Below, one piece after another: positions 29,825 through 38,917 of a stretch of 64,000 nucleotides of DNA. The position numbers and the translations under genes are program-made. The stretch is from a virus: positions 1 through 64,000 of IMG/VR virus record IMGVR_UViG_3300023108_000014; one strand, written 5' to 3'. Numbering within the stretch: position 1 is the first letter of the stretch; each line of letters begins with the position of its first letter. The notes under the pieces were generated by a model. It saw only the letters and a list, made by a program, of their open reading frames with translations. It had not been told where the DNA came from and did no database searches.

Positions 29825-30453
29825 AAAACATTAAGCATATGAAAATCTGTCATCGTAATTTCGATGATGCTGAAGTTTCAGATCATTTTATAGATTATCT
29901 TGCAGAGTGTATAAAATGGGCAAACATGAAAGATGGCTATAATTTTGTAAAAGTGATCTTTACTAAAAATAAAGATTTAATAAAAAATATTTATAGCCTA
30001 TCAGGTCACCCTGATGAACAAACACATGTAAGAGAGTACAACGAGTTTTTTAAAGAACAAACTGATCCTAAAGCAGTATTTTTAGGTAATCCGCAGTTAG
30101 ATGCTCCATGTGTTGCAATCCTATGCCAAAATACTGCTACAGATAAGCGCAAGTATTGGAATGATGATGAAGAATATGAACAATTCAAAAACATCGCTAT
30201 AGGAACAATTACAGGTATTATAAACTTTGAAGCAAATAGAATTGGTCTAAGAACAGGTAATTGTATTTGTTTAGATCACCAAGGATTAGCAGATTTATTA
30301 TATGGATATACTAATAAAAAATTCAATCCTATGATGGCAATCGGGATAGGACATCCCAATAAAAGATTAAATCCAAGGCAACACCCAGTTCATAAGAAAA
30401 AATTTTACTCTCTCGAGAAACAATCCAAACCTTTAGAGATAATTAAAGTATAG
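29812..30453 (+). CDS. nitroreductase-like protein
   Basis: CHRNF; EANRIGLRTGNCIC; AIGIGHP; AT-rich insertion between nrdA and nrdB. Confidence 0.65.
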   Translation: MRDLENIKHMKICHRNFDDAEVSDHFIDYLAECIKWANMKDGYNFVKVIFTKNKDLIKNIYSLSGHPDEQTHVREYNEFFKEQTDPKAVFLGNPQLDAPCVAILCQNTATDKRKYWNDDEEYEQFKNIAIGTITGIINFEANRIGLRTGNCICLDHQGLADLLYGYTNKKFNPMMAIGIGHPNKRLNPRQHPVHKKKFYSLEKQSKPLEIIKV

Positions 30454-30454
30454 G

Positions 30455-30482
30455 TTGACAAATAACCTAAAATCGTTATAAT
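30455..30482 (+). promoter_or_regulatory. sigma70-type promoter for nrdB
   Basis: TTGACA-N16-TATAAT. Confidence 0.65.
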
Positions 30483-30503
30483 AATAAAAAAGGATAGACA
30501 GAC

Positions 30504-31631
30504 ATGAGCGTTTTTGACACAACTAACCGTGCCGACCATACACAGGTTCTAGCATTTTTAGATCCTACAGGCGGCCCAACTATTCAACGGTACGACACGT
30601 TGAAGTATAAACAATTTGATAATCTTACAGATAAACAGTTGGGTTTCTTTTGGCGTCCGGAAGAAGTTGATATCTATAAAGATGCAAAAGACTTCAAAGG
30701 CTTGACTGACTTTGAACAGCATATCTTTACTTCAAATCTAAAACGCCAAATTCTATTAGACTCAGTACAAGGGAGAGCACCAGTAGAAGCATTTGCTCCG
30801 ATTGTATCCTTACCGGAGTTAGAAAACTGGATCCAAACATGGACCTTTTCAGAAACTATTCACTCACGTTCATATACACATATCATCCGTAATGTTTACA
30901 GCAATCCAAGTAAGATTTTTGATGAATTAATGAACATCGAAGAGATTGTTGATTGCGCCGGCGACATTTCAAAGTATTATGATGAACTGATTGAAACAAG
31001 TATGTATTACAACTTGTTGGGTGAAGGCACACATACAGTAAATGGTAAAAAGGTTGTGGTAGATCTTTACGAATTAAAGAAAAGTTTGTGGCTTACATTG
31101 ATGAGCGTGAACATCCTTGAAGGTGTGCGTTTCTATGTATCATTTGCATGTAGTTGGGCATTTGCTGAACTTAAGAAGATGGAAGGCAATGCCAAGATCA
31201 TTAAACTAATCGCACGTGATGAGAACCTGCACCTAGCAAGCACACAAATGTTGTTAAAGATCCTTAAAAAAGATGATCCTGACTTTGCTAAAATTGCAGA
31301 AGAAACAGAAGAAGAATGCATTCAGATGTTTGTAGACGCAGTTGATCAAGAAAAAGCATGGGCAGAATATTTGTTTAAAGATGGTTCAATGATTGGACTT
31401 AACACACAACTACTAAGCGACTACATTGAATTTATTTGCACACGCAGAATGACAAACGTTGCGTTGAAGTCACCTTACACAATTAAAACAAACCCGCTAC
31501 CTTGGACACAGAAGTGGATTAGTGGTGCAGACGTTCAAGTTGCTCCACAAGAAACAGAAATCACAAGTTACATCAACGGTGGTACAAAACAAGATGTAAC
31601 AGAAGATACATTCAAAGGATTTTCGCTATGA
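30504..31631 (+). CDS. nrdB: class Ia ribonucleotide reductase beta subunit
   Basis: FFWRPEE, ETIHSRSY, LEGVRFY, RDENLH, VAPQE. Confidence 0.97.
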   Translation: MSVFDTTNRADHTQVLAFLDPTGGPTIQRYDTLKYKQFDNLTDKQLGFFWRPEEVDIYKDAKDFKGLTDFEQHIFTSNLKRQILLDSVQGRAPVEAFAPIVSLPELENWIQTWTFSETIHSRSYTHIIRNVYSNPSKIFDELMNIEEIVDCAGDISKYYDELIETSMYYNLLGEGTHTVNGKKVVVDLYELKKSLWLTLMSVNILEGVRFYVSFACSWAFAELKKMEGNAKIIKLIARDENLHLASTQMLLKILKKDDPDFAKIAEETEEECIQMFVDAVDQEKAWAEYLFKDGSMIGLNTQLLSDYIEFICTRRMTNVALKSPYTIKTNPLPWTQKWISGADVQVAPQETEITSYINGGTKQDVTEDTFKGFSL

Positions 31632-31879
31632 TATACATTTGGGGTAAACCAGCATGTCCATCATGCTTAAAAGCAAAGGCAATATGCGAAAAATACAATT
31701 ATATGTTTGAATACAGAGAACTGGGTAAAGACTTTGATAGAGAAGAAGTTCTAACAGAGTTTCCAGAAGCACGTACATTTCCACAGATTGTTGTAAACGG
31801 CCTTAAAGTAGGAGGCTACGAGCAATTTGTAAAATATATTGAAGACACAGGCTATAACGGAACAGGATACACATTATAA
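31628..31879 (+). CDS. glutaredoxin
   Basis: CPSC, TFPQI, VGGY. Confidence 0.9.
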   Translation: MIYIWGKPACPSCLKAKAICEKYNYMFEYRELGKDFDREEVLTEFPEARTFPQIVVNGLKVGGYEQFVKYIEDTGYNGTGYTL

Positions 31880-32169
31880 TGTTAATTGAAGCACCATATA
31901 AAAAACACGACACTATTACTGTAAAAATTACTAGCGGTGATGAAATTGTCGGACGTTTTGTAGAAGAAAATGATACAACACTTACAATTCAAAAACCTCT
32001 TGCTCTAATGGCAACACAACAAGGTATTGGACTAGGTCCATATGCTTTCACTGTACCTCAAGGTGCAGATATTAGGTTAAATAAACATAGTATTCTGTTT
32101 GTTGCCAAAACTGATACAGAAATGGCCAAGCAGTATATTACAAGTACAACCGGAGTACAAATGGTATAA
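31879..32169 (+). CDS. Sm/LSm-like fold hypothetical protein
   Basis: VKITSGDEIVG...IQKP pattern. Confidence 0.45.
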   Translation: MLIEAPYKKHDTITVKITSGDEIVGRFVEENDTTLTIQKPLALMATQQGIGLGPYAFTVPQGADIRLNKHSILFVAKTDTEMAKQYITSTTGVQMV

Positions 32170-32501
32170 TGACGACATTGGTTGCAAGAAAAACAGATAC
32201 TTGTACAACAGGTCATTCTTGCGACACTACGACTACACTCAACGTAAGTCAAAGTACTGTTTACGCTGAGGGATTACTTATAGCCAGAAAAGGTGATCCA
32301 ACCGTTTCGCACGATGTTCCAACTCCGGTACCAGATGGCATGGGTGGAACAACAATTGTGTGTTTGCCTCACACAGGTTCTGTTTCAACTGCAAACGGCA
32401 CTGTTTATGCTGAAGGCGCACTAGTAACAAGAATTAACGAAACTGTAAATTGCAGCGGCGGAAAAATCACAAGTTCGGCTTCAACTGTATACGCAGAATA
32501 A
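32169..32501 (+). CDS. PAAR-like baseplate spike tip protein
   Basis: VARKTD, TVYAEG..IARKGD and TRINE repeats with His/Cys ligands. Confidence 0.8.
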   Translation: MTTLVARKTDTCTTGHSCDTTTTLNVSQSTVYAEGLLIARKGDPTVSHDVPTPVPDGMGGTTIVCLPHTGSVSTANGTVYAEGALVTRINETVNCSGGKITSSASTVYAE

Positions 32502-32514
32502 TAAGTGGTGATTA

Positions 32515-32694
32515 ATGACTGACTTACATGATGAACTAAAAGCCCTATTCACAACCTATATTAGAGAATCAGAAAAATTTGAACACGAAGGCGTTAAAGT
32601 CAGTGCTGTCAGAGCACGGCAAGCATTAAATGAATTAAAGGCTCTTATACCTCAAAGACGTAAACAAATCCAAGATAAGAAAATGGAAATGTAA
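32515..32694 (+). CDS. Hc1-like (histone H1-like N-terminal domain) protein, 59 aa, not in ORF track
   Basis: ESEKFEHEGVKVSAVRARQALNELK matches the EKF..G.K.A..RAR..L pattern. Confidence 0.65.
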   Translation: MTDLHDELKALFTTYIRESEKFEHEGVKVSAVRARQALNELKALIPQRRKQIQDKKMEM

Positions 32695-32716
32695 TAAATA
32701 CATGTAGGAGATATAA

Positions 32717-32995
32717 ATGGATACCGTAGAAGATTTAAGATTGCTATTATTAGCAGAGTATAATGTACACCCTACAGAATATGATGGGGAAACTTTAGAT
32801 TATAAATTTATCCGATTCAGAAGATCTAAGCCTGGTTATGTGTTTAACGAAGGCGGTAGTGATAATTGGGAAGTACACATGCACGGACACACTCCTACGT
32901 TTTACAGAACTGACGATCTATTGAAACAATTAGAAGCTGGCGGTAGTCTTCTGTACTGGTTCCATCCTGATTCTCCGCTGGTAAAAAATGGATAG
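32717..32995 (+). CDS. hypothetical protein
   Basis: AGGAG SD; ATAAATA upstream. Confidence 0.6.
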   Translation: MDTVEDLRLLLLAEYNVHPTEYDGETLDYKFIRFRRSKPGYVFNEGGSDNWEVHMHGHTPTFYRTDDLLKQLEAGGSLLYWFHPDSPLVKNG

Positions 32996-33314
32996 AGAAA
33001 ACGTAAAATACCTAAATGATTTGGCAGCAAGAGCCAATTACTATACTCAAGTAAGACGTAATGTCATTGAGTATATTACCAAACGAAAAATTGATGAAAA
33101 ACCTTTAACTGTATCTTTACTTCTAATGTCAGCACTTTGGGCAGCAGATAAAAGACAAGAAGATATTGATGAAGATGACTTAACCATTTATTTTGGTTTA
33201 CATAAACGAGATGAAGATGAAGAACCGGGGGCCGTTGTAAAATTAAATCCTCAATATCGAGGAATGAGTTTACAACAAGTGTTAGATATAACGGTCCAGA
33301 GTCATGTTGAATGA
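32988..33314 (+). CDS. hypothetical protein
   Basis: Coupled ORF. Confidence 0.6.
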   Translation: MDRENVKYLNDLAARANYYTQVRRNVIEYITKRKIDEKPLTVSLLLMSALWAADKRQEDIDEDDLTIYFGLHKRDEDEEPGAVVKLNPQYRGMSLQQVLDITVQSHVE

Positions 33315-34044
33315 ACACGTAAAATTAAAATCATATGACCAACTAGTAGAACTATTTACAGACTTTGATAATTTCTGTGGTACTAAAACCTACGTAGCAA
33401 AATCAACGCTTGAAGATGTAGGACTTGTTAGAAATAAACCATACAGTGGCATTTCAGATGACATAGAAGAAATAGTAAGTGATATGACAAAACGTTGTGG
33501 ACCTAAATTTCTGTCTAACCATCCTAGAGCCAATGCTGACTTACTAGAAAAGTCAAACACAATTTCAGTAATAGGAAAAGATATTGCCAAAGGCGGAAAG
33601 ATTACACATCCGATGTGTATACACTACTTTGGCAAGAAAGTAGCGTGTCATCCTGGTAATAGTAGATTATATTTTCAAAGAGTATATCCCTATCCTGTGT
33701 ACACTATTTTTACAGACTACAAAGGAGATATCCAACAACGTTTTCCGCACATTAAATTTTGTAACCCTAAGGAACATGAATTTAGTGTCAAAGGTTTAAA
33801 CTATGTATGTTTTGATAATCTTGCCGAAAAGTGTCCGCGAGGAATACAAAAGGTTACAAAAGATAGACTTTGTTATATTCAAGAAGTAATAGAAGATTGG
33901 CCTCAAGAACTAGGCGATCCTACACTTTACCATCCTCCAAAAGAATTTAAGGTTGTAAAAGGAAGAGTGTATGTTGATAATCAATTGATATATCAAAAAT
34001 TTAGAACAGAATGGAGAGTAGTAATTGATATTAAACACAGTTAA
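33304..34044 (+). CDS. hypothetical protein (possible ParB/Srx-like core)
   Basis: ITHPMCI...HPGNSRL resembles the P..GxxR motif; weak. Confidence 0.4.
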   Translation: MLNEHVKLKSYDQLVELFTDFDNFCGTKTYVAKSTLEDVGLVRNKPYSGISDDIEEIVSDMTKRCGPKFLSNHPRANADLLEKSNTISVIGKDIAKGGKITHPMCIHYFGKKVACHPGNSRLYFQRVYPYPVYTIFTDYKGDIQQRFPHIKFCNPKEHEFSVKGLNYVCFDNLAEKCPRGIQKVTKDRLCYIQEVIEDWPQELGDPTLYHPPKEFKVVKGRVYVDNQLIYQKFRTEWRVVIDIKHS

Positions 34045-34564
34045 TGTAGGTTACACAATTTGGCAGTTTAAAAACCTTATAAGTGATGATCTTATAAGAT
34101 GCATTATCAACGAATCTGAAGTGCTTTCCTGGGGATCGTTGAATGGTAAACGCACAGATAAAAATGTAAGGCATTGGATGCATCATTATGAACATCCTTG
34201 TTTTTGGGATGTAATAGAGTTTTTTGATTCATACGAAACAAGAAAAATGTTTGGCGAAACTGTAGGTAAAGATTATACAACTGATAGATTGAGAATTGAA
34301 CTTTGTAAAGATCTTAAAGGCAGTTGGTTAGAAGATCACTGCGACGACGATGCTAAAACTTTTACATTGCAATTATATTTAAATTATCAAGAAACCAGTA
34401 CAACTTTTAACAATATAAAAACAAGAGCTACAAGAGGCAGTGGTTGGTTTTTTGTAAACACTGGTAATGAACCGCATAAATTAGATCCTCTGGAAGATGA
34501 TAGAGTCAGCATAATTGTAAATTATGTAAATGATAATTGGCAAGATGAAAGTGTGCTTGTATGA
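34025..34564 (+). CDS. 2OG-Fe(II) oxygenase
   Basis: HCDD..K.FTLQLYL, distal H and R.S. Confidence 0.75.
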   Translation: MILNTVNVGYTIWQFKNLISDDLIRCIINESEVLSWGSLNGKRTDKNVRHWMHHYEHPCFWDVIEFFDSYETRKMFGETVGKDYTTDRLRIELCKDLKGSWLEDHCDDDAKTFTLQLYLNYQETSTTFNNIKTRATRGSGWFFVNTGNEPHKLDPLEDDRVSIIVNYVNDNWQDESVLV

Positions 34565-35061
34565 TCGTAGAGAAAATACAAGACCCTTATACACAATATC
34601 TCATACATAATTTTTTACCTCAAGATGTGTTTGATGAATTTAATGAGTATAGTAAAAACTTACCTCGATATGAAGCACGTACAATGCATCCTTTTAAAGA
34701 AGGCAAGTGGCATGATTTGCTAGAAGAACCTATGGCAGATTTGTCTGATATAATAAAGTATGACTTTGCTAGACACTACCTAGAATTACAATTTGATAAT
34801 ATTGATATAGACTGGCAATACAATAAAGTTCATACAGACAATCCTAAAAAGATTTTTACTTTTGTTTTAGGTTTAGCAGACACAGGCACAGGTACAAAAA
34901 TCTATAAAAATAAAACAGAGTTTTCTCATCAAAATCCCTATATAAAAAATGGTGGTACAGCATTCTTTAGAGGCGAGCAAACTTGGCACGACTTTGATGC
35001 TATCGATTGTATAGAGCAAAGACGTACATTAATAATAATGGTTTGCAAAAAACCACTATAA
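34561..35061 (+). CDS. 2OG-Fe(II) oxygenase
   Basis: HTDNPKK, GT, TWH, RRTL. Confidence 0.75.
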   Translation: MIVEKIQDPYTQYLIHNFLPQDVFDEFNEYSKNLPRYEARTMHPFKEGKWHDLLEEPMADLSDIIKYDFARHYLELQFDNIDIDWQYNKVHTDNPKKIFTFVLGLADTGTGTKIYKNKTEFSHQNPYIKNGGTAFFRGEQTWHDFDAIDCIEQRRTLIIMVCKKPL

Positions 35062-35068
35062 ATAATAT

Positions 35069-35638
35069 ATGAATACAATTTTCATACATGGCGCTACAGC
35101 AAGCGAAAGAAGTTTTGCTTTTATTCAAAAAGAAATAAAAGTAAAAGATCCTATTTTTCTGAATTACGATAAAGAAACAACTGCTGAAGAAAATCTACAA
35201 GAAATGAAACAAATCATTAGGGAAAACAAGGGGCCTTTTAGTATCATTGCGCATAGTTTAGGCGGAGTATATGCAACTTACTTGCAAAATGAATTTGATA
35301 TTAAAGGCGTTGTAAGTCTTGCTACACCGTTCAATGGCAGCGAGATAGCAACTTGGGGTGGTTTACTAAATCCAGGATATCAATTATTTAGAGATATCAC
35401 GCCACACAGTGCATTTATAAAAGGCAGTAGAAAACTTTCAATAAAAGTTCCTTGGTTACAAATTGTTACTACAACAGGTGATGTTCCTTGGTTATCAGGA
35501 AAGAATGATGGTATTGTTACACGACATTCAATGACTTGCAGAGGCGATGTAGAATACACAACAATTGATAGAAACCATTACGAAATTGTTTTAAGTAAAA
35601 GAGTGGTTGACACTATCAAATATAGACTGTATAAATAA
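35069..35638 (+). CDS. alpha/beta hydrolase
   Basis: FIHG, AHSLGG nucleophile elbow, TPFNGS, NDGIV, NH. Confidence 0.85.
   Translation: MNTIFIHGATASERSFAFIQKEIKVKDPIFLNYDKETTAEENLQEMKQIIRENKGPFSIIAHSLGGVYATYLQNEFDIKGVVSLATPFNGSEIATWGGLLNPGYQLFRDITPHSAFIKGSRKLSIKVPWLQIVTTTGDVPWLSGKNDGIVTRHSMTCRGDVEYTTIDRNHYEIVLSKRVVDTIKYRLYK
35607..35637 (+). promoter_or_regulatory. composite sigma70 / T4-like late promoter for tmRNA
   Basis: TTGACA-N17-TATAAA, where the -10 is also TATAAATA. Confidence 0.6.
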
Positions 35639-35640
35639 AA

Positions 35641-35854
35641 GGTAGGCGTTACAAAGCGTATTTGGACCCCGGGGCGGTACCGGGCGCCTCCACCATAAAC
35701 ACTTTGACACAGAGTTTTTATGATGGGGGCGAAACAGGTTTCGACAGGTAGGCAAGTTTACAAAACACAACTGCAAACGATAACTTTGCACCTTCTGGTT
35801 ACGCTCTAGCAGCATAATTAAGGGGGCGGGTACTGCCTAGCAACAGAAGTGCCA
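35641..35854 (+). ncRNA. ssrA: circularly permuted (two-piece) tmRNA
   Basis: Acceptor piece ends ...CCCGGGGCGGTACCGGGCGCCTCCACCA (35695); coding piece starts GGGGGCGAAACAGGTTTCGAC (35725); G3.U70 pair; tag ANDNFAPSGYALAA* at 35773-35817. Confidence 0.93.
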
Positions 35855-35872
35855 TAACTTATAGTATGCTTA

Positions 35873-36550
35873 ATGATAAAAAAACAAATTAATGCTTTTG
35901 ATATAACTATTTCTAGTTATTGTCAAGCCTTCTGTGTAGGCTGTCAAAGAAATGAAGAAGACGGTACTCCTTCTGATTGGATTACAAAAAATCAATTTCA
36001 CATGGACCCATCTAACTTTAAAAAATTTTTAGACAGTGGCTATAATAAATGGCAACAGTTTGGCCATTTACAACTATGCGGAGAGTTAGGCGATCCTATG
36101 ATGCATCCTCGTATAGACGAAATTTTAGATATTGCTTTTGACTATAATTTAATAAATGGTGTTCTAATTAATACAAACGGAGGGATACGCCGACCGGAAT
36201 GGTATGCAGCACAGGCAAAAAAGAATAGAAATCTAACTATTGCATTTGGAATTGATGGAATAAATCATGAAATGAATTGGAAATACAGAAAAGGTGTAAA
36301 GTTCCAACAAGCATGGGATAACATGATTGCATTTCATGAAAACGGCGGCAGGATAGAATGGCATTATATTCTTTTTAATTGGAACTACAAAGCAATACCA
36401 GAAGTAGTCAACATTGCTAAAGACCTAAAGCTTGAAAAAAAGCAACTAGTTTTCAAAATTACTAGGACAGATAATCCTGCCGAAGGGTTATGTGATGAAT
36501 TAATAATAGACGAAGCAACATCATTATTAGAGGAATATGGATATGTATAA
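35873..36550 (+). CDS. radical SAM protein
   Basis: CQAFCVGC (CX3CX2C), GELGDP, NTNG, FGIDG. Confidence 0.85.
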   Translation: MIKKQINAFDITISSYCQAFCVGCQRNEEDGTPSDWITKNQFHMDPSNFKKFLDSGYNKWQQFGHLQLCGELGDPMMHPRIDEILDIAFDYNLINGVLINTNGGIRRPEWYAAQAKKNRNLTIAFGIDGINHEMNWKYRKGVKFQQAWDNMIAFHENGGRIEWHYILFNWNYKAIPEVVNIAKDLKLEKKQLVFKITRTDNPAEGLCDELIIDEATSLLEEYGYV

Positions 36551-36887
36551 TATAGATTGCCATACCTATGACGAATATGAAGATGATATACAACGTGATT
36601 GGGAAATTAATATTGATGGAAAACTATGGCCTTGTTGTCATTACCTGGTAGAAAGTTATAAACATCCTAAAGATAAAGATAACACTTTAATGTCCGACGA
36701 AGCATTGAACAAGGCTTTCGAGCAAGATCCTAATTGGAACAACTTAAATTACCATGATTTATATGATATTGTAAATCATGATTACTACCAAAATCATTGT
36801 TGTAAAAAATCATGGAATAGTGATAATCCTCCTCCTCTATGTGTTAAAATGTGTCAAAGTGGAAAGCAAGTTCGTAATATAGAATAA
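36537..36887 (+). CDS. SPASM/twitch-like Fe-S domain protein
   Basis: INIDGKLWPCC ... CVKMC. Confidence 0.7.
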   Translation: MDMYNIDCHTYDEYEDDIQRDWEINIDGKLWPCCHYLVESYKHPKDKDNTLMSDEALNKAFEQDPNWNNLNYHDLYDIVNHDYYQNHCCKKSWNSDNPPPLCVKMCQSGKQVRNIE

Positions 36888-36916
36888 CTGCTACAATTTA
36901 ACACACCCTAGTCAGG

Positions 36917-36945
36917 TTGACATTACACTGTAAACATGCTATATA
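36917..36945 (+). promoter_or_regulatory. sigma70-type promoter
   Basis: TTGACA-N17-TATATT. Confidence 0.65.
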
Positions 36946-36972
36946 TTATTACATAGACACACGGAGATTAGT

Positions 36973-37332
36973 ATGAATCAGAAACCAAAGCCCATTGGTT
37001 GGGCAACAACTATTACTTCACTTCGCAGCGAACTAGGACTTATGTGGTCAAGTTTTATGACTATTGAAAACTCACCATTGCGTAAACTAGATCCAAGAGT
37101 TGCACACATGATATTTCAATGCCTAGCATTTATTTGGAGTGGATTATTTGCTATTATGATTGGCAGTTATATGGCATTTGGCATTAGTGCAATATTCCAC
37201 GTAAGTTTGATAGCAGGCGTTTTTATCACAGCAGTGACAATGAACGAAGCAGACAAGCGTCCACAAACTGTAAACCGTTTTGTAAAAGACAATGTAATCA
37301 ACAGCAGAGGCATTGGTGGTGAGCATGAGTGA
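36973..37332 (+). CDS. 2-TM membrane protein
   Basis: SPLRKLD..HMIFQCLAFIWS; hydrophobic; GGEHE end. Confidence 0.65.
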   Translation: MNQKPKPIGWATTITSLRSELGLMWSSFMTIENSPLRKLDPRVAHMIFQCLAFIWSGLFAIMIGSYMAFGISAIFHVSLIAGVFITAVTMNEADKRPQTVNRFVKDNVINSRGIGGEHE

Positions 37333-37546
37333 TGATGTAAGAGCAGCAGCACAAAAGCAAGCCGAAGAAGCAATGGATGGATTTATCCTTTGGAGTAAAC
37401 GTGCTACACTGTGGAGTGCTCTATTTTTATGTGTTGTTGTATTTGCTTGCAACTCGGGCGTGGAAACTGGACCTAATGCAACTGGTTCAGGTTATAACGG
37501 AGAACAATATTCTCCTTCAAATCTTAATGTAAAGGATAAAAAATGA
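37325..37546 (+). CDS. aa3-type cytochrome c oxidase subunit IV-like membrane peptide
   Basis: QAEEAMDGFILWSKRATLW plus TM resembles the CtaH pattern qE.tf.GFi...k. Confidence 0.5.
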   Translation: MSDDVRAAAQKQAEEAMDGFILWSKRATLWSALFLCVVVFACNSGVETGPNATGSGYNGEQYSPSNLNVKDKK

Positions 37547-37974
37547 GATTTACACTAGCGGCAATTTTGATTGCTATTGGCATGGGTACTGCCCACGCAG
37601 AAGACATTACCATTGATATGTTGAACAAACGTGACGATGGCGCTAAGATGGTGTACTCACAAGACATTGCGACTATTGATGTTGGTGACACCATTACTTG
37701 GCTACCAACACAAAAGGGTCACAACGTAGAATTTATTGCTGGCCCAGATGGTTGGGAAGCACCAAAGAAATCAAAACTATCAAAAGAATACGCATACACA
37801 TTTGACACACCGGGTGTCTACTTGTATCAATGCACACCACACAAGTCAATGGGTATGATTGCCATTGTAGTTGTAGGCGATCTGACACAAGAAGGTGTAG
37901 ATGCTATCCGTGATGCGAAAGTAAAAGGCAAGTCAAAAAAGAAACTTAAAAAGTTGTTGGCAGAACTACCATGA
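37543..37974 (+). CDS. pseudoazurin (blue copper protein)
   Basis: Signal peptide; MLNK..G.KMVY, GHNVE and YQCTPHKSMGM type-1 Cu ligands. Confidence 0.9.
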   Translation: MRFTLAAILIAIGMGTAHAEDITIDMLNKRDDGAKMVYSQDIATIDVGDTITWLPTQKGHNVEFIAGPDGWEAPKKSKLSKEYAYTFDTPGVYLYQCTPHKSMGMIAIVVVGDLTQEGVDAIRDAKVKGKSKKKLKKLLAELP

Positions 37975-38028
37975 CAGCATTAGCACAGAGAATTACCTCC
38001 GCAATGCACTAAGAGGAAACAGAACATA

Positions 38029-38223
38029 ATGTTTAGTAAACAATGTAAAGCACACTTAGATGAAGTAGGCGAAACAGGTCTACAACATATGGCAGTAGCA
38101 CTAAAAACCGCAGTGAAATTACAACTGTTAGTGCCTGCACTTATCATTCACAGTGTTGCTCCTAGATTTTTCACACATACAGCATCGGATGTAATGAGTA
38201 AAATCTTAAAGGACAGAAAATGA
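38029..38223 (+). CDS. DUF6356-like small membrane protein
   Basis: HLDEVGET..QHM...LIIHSVAP.FF..TAS pattern. Confidence 0.65.
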   Translation: MFSKQCKAHLDEVGETGLQHMAVALKTAVKLQLLVPALIIHSVAPRFFTHTASDVMSKILKDRK

Positions 38224-38348
38224 TTAAAATTGTAGGATATTTTAAAGACAAGACAGTGTCACAAGTGTTTGATAATGTGCTTGATGCAATTGACTACAGA
38301 GATTACTTAGATGCTCATTATGCAAAAGTAAAATGGATACAACAATGA
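38220..38348 (+). CDS. small hypothetical protein (42 aa, not in ORF track)
   Basis: ATGA overlaps at both ends. Confidence 0.55.
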   Translation: MIKIVGYFKDKTVSQVFDNVLDAIDYRDYLDAHYAKVKWIQQ

Positions 38349-38581
38349 AGTGGCTTATTGTATTCGTTATGTTGGAAGCAGAACCTTTTGCACTAAAGAC
38401 TCTGCCGTTTGAAACACAGAACGAATGCAAAGCCTATATAAATGATCCTGTTAACAGCGACAGACTTGCTATAGAAGTTATAAATGTTGCGGGATTTAAT
38501 GATACAATAGTTAAAGTTGCTTGTATGCCAGCAAACAAAATAACGAGGGAGATGTTGAATGAAACCAAATCTAAAGTTTGA
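38345..38581 (+). CDS. small exported Cys-pair protein
   Basis: MKWLIVFV hydrophobic start; F...EC...C pattern. Confidence 0.55.
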   Translation: MKWLIVFVMLEAEPFALKTLPFETQNECKAYINDPVNSDRLAIEVINVAGFNDTIVKVACMPANKITREMLNETKSKV

Positions 38582-38777
38582 ACTAACTGTAAGAGACATT
38601 GACATAATTGAAAAAGCTCTTACAGCAAAAGCAGGACGCAGAGGGTTGCGTTTGATGCAAGGTGAAGACCACGCAGAACTTAAACAAGAGATGCGAGACA
38701 TACAAAATTTATTAGGGAGATTACACGAACAAAAAGTTTGGTATCGTCCTAAGAAGAAAATTTATGTAGGCGGATAG
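38559..38777 (+). CDS. hypothetical protein
   Basis: FELTVRDIDIIE..LLGRLHEQKVWYRP. Confidence 0.65.
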   Translation: MKPNLKFELTVRDIDIIEKALTAKAGRRGLRLMQGEDHAELKQEMRDIQNLLGRLHEQKVWYRPKKKIYVGG

Positions 38778-38842
38778 TGTTGTATATTTGCAACAAATGT
38801 AAATATTGGTTTACTAATTGTGCAGTTGCAGCATGAGGTTTA

Positions 38843-38850
38843 TATAAATA
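38843..38850 (+). promoter_or_regulatory. T4-like late promoter (representative of a recurrent (TA)TAAATA motif)
   Basis: TATAAATA here; TAAATA also occurs just upstream of many genes (e.g. near 866, 1425, 19853, 20175, 22325, 25167, 32694, 35057, 50153, 52750, 58802, 63554). Confidence 0.7.
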
Positions 38851-38917
38851 AAACGTGGGCAAGAAATGGTTCTTCTTGCCCACTTATTTTAACACATAAC
38901 AAATAAAGGAAAATATT

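Noticed and set aside
29812-30453. Homing endonuclease or intron between nrdA and nrdB
   Set aside because: Carries nitroreductase motifs, not HNH/GIY-YIG/LAGLIDADG; nrdA and nrdB are uninterrupted
35664-35695. tRNA-Ala-like 3' end (T-arm plus CCA)
   Set aside because: No anticodon arm upstream; the matching 5' strand lies downstream and leads to a tag ORF, so it is a permuted tmRNA
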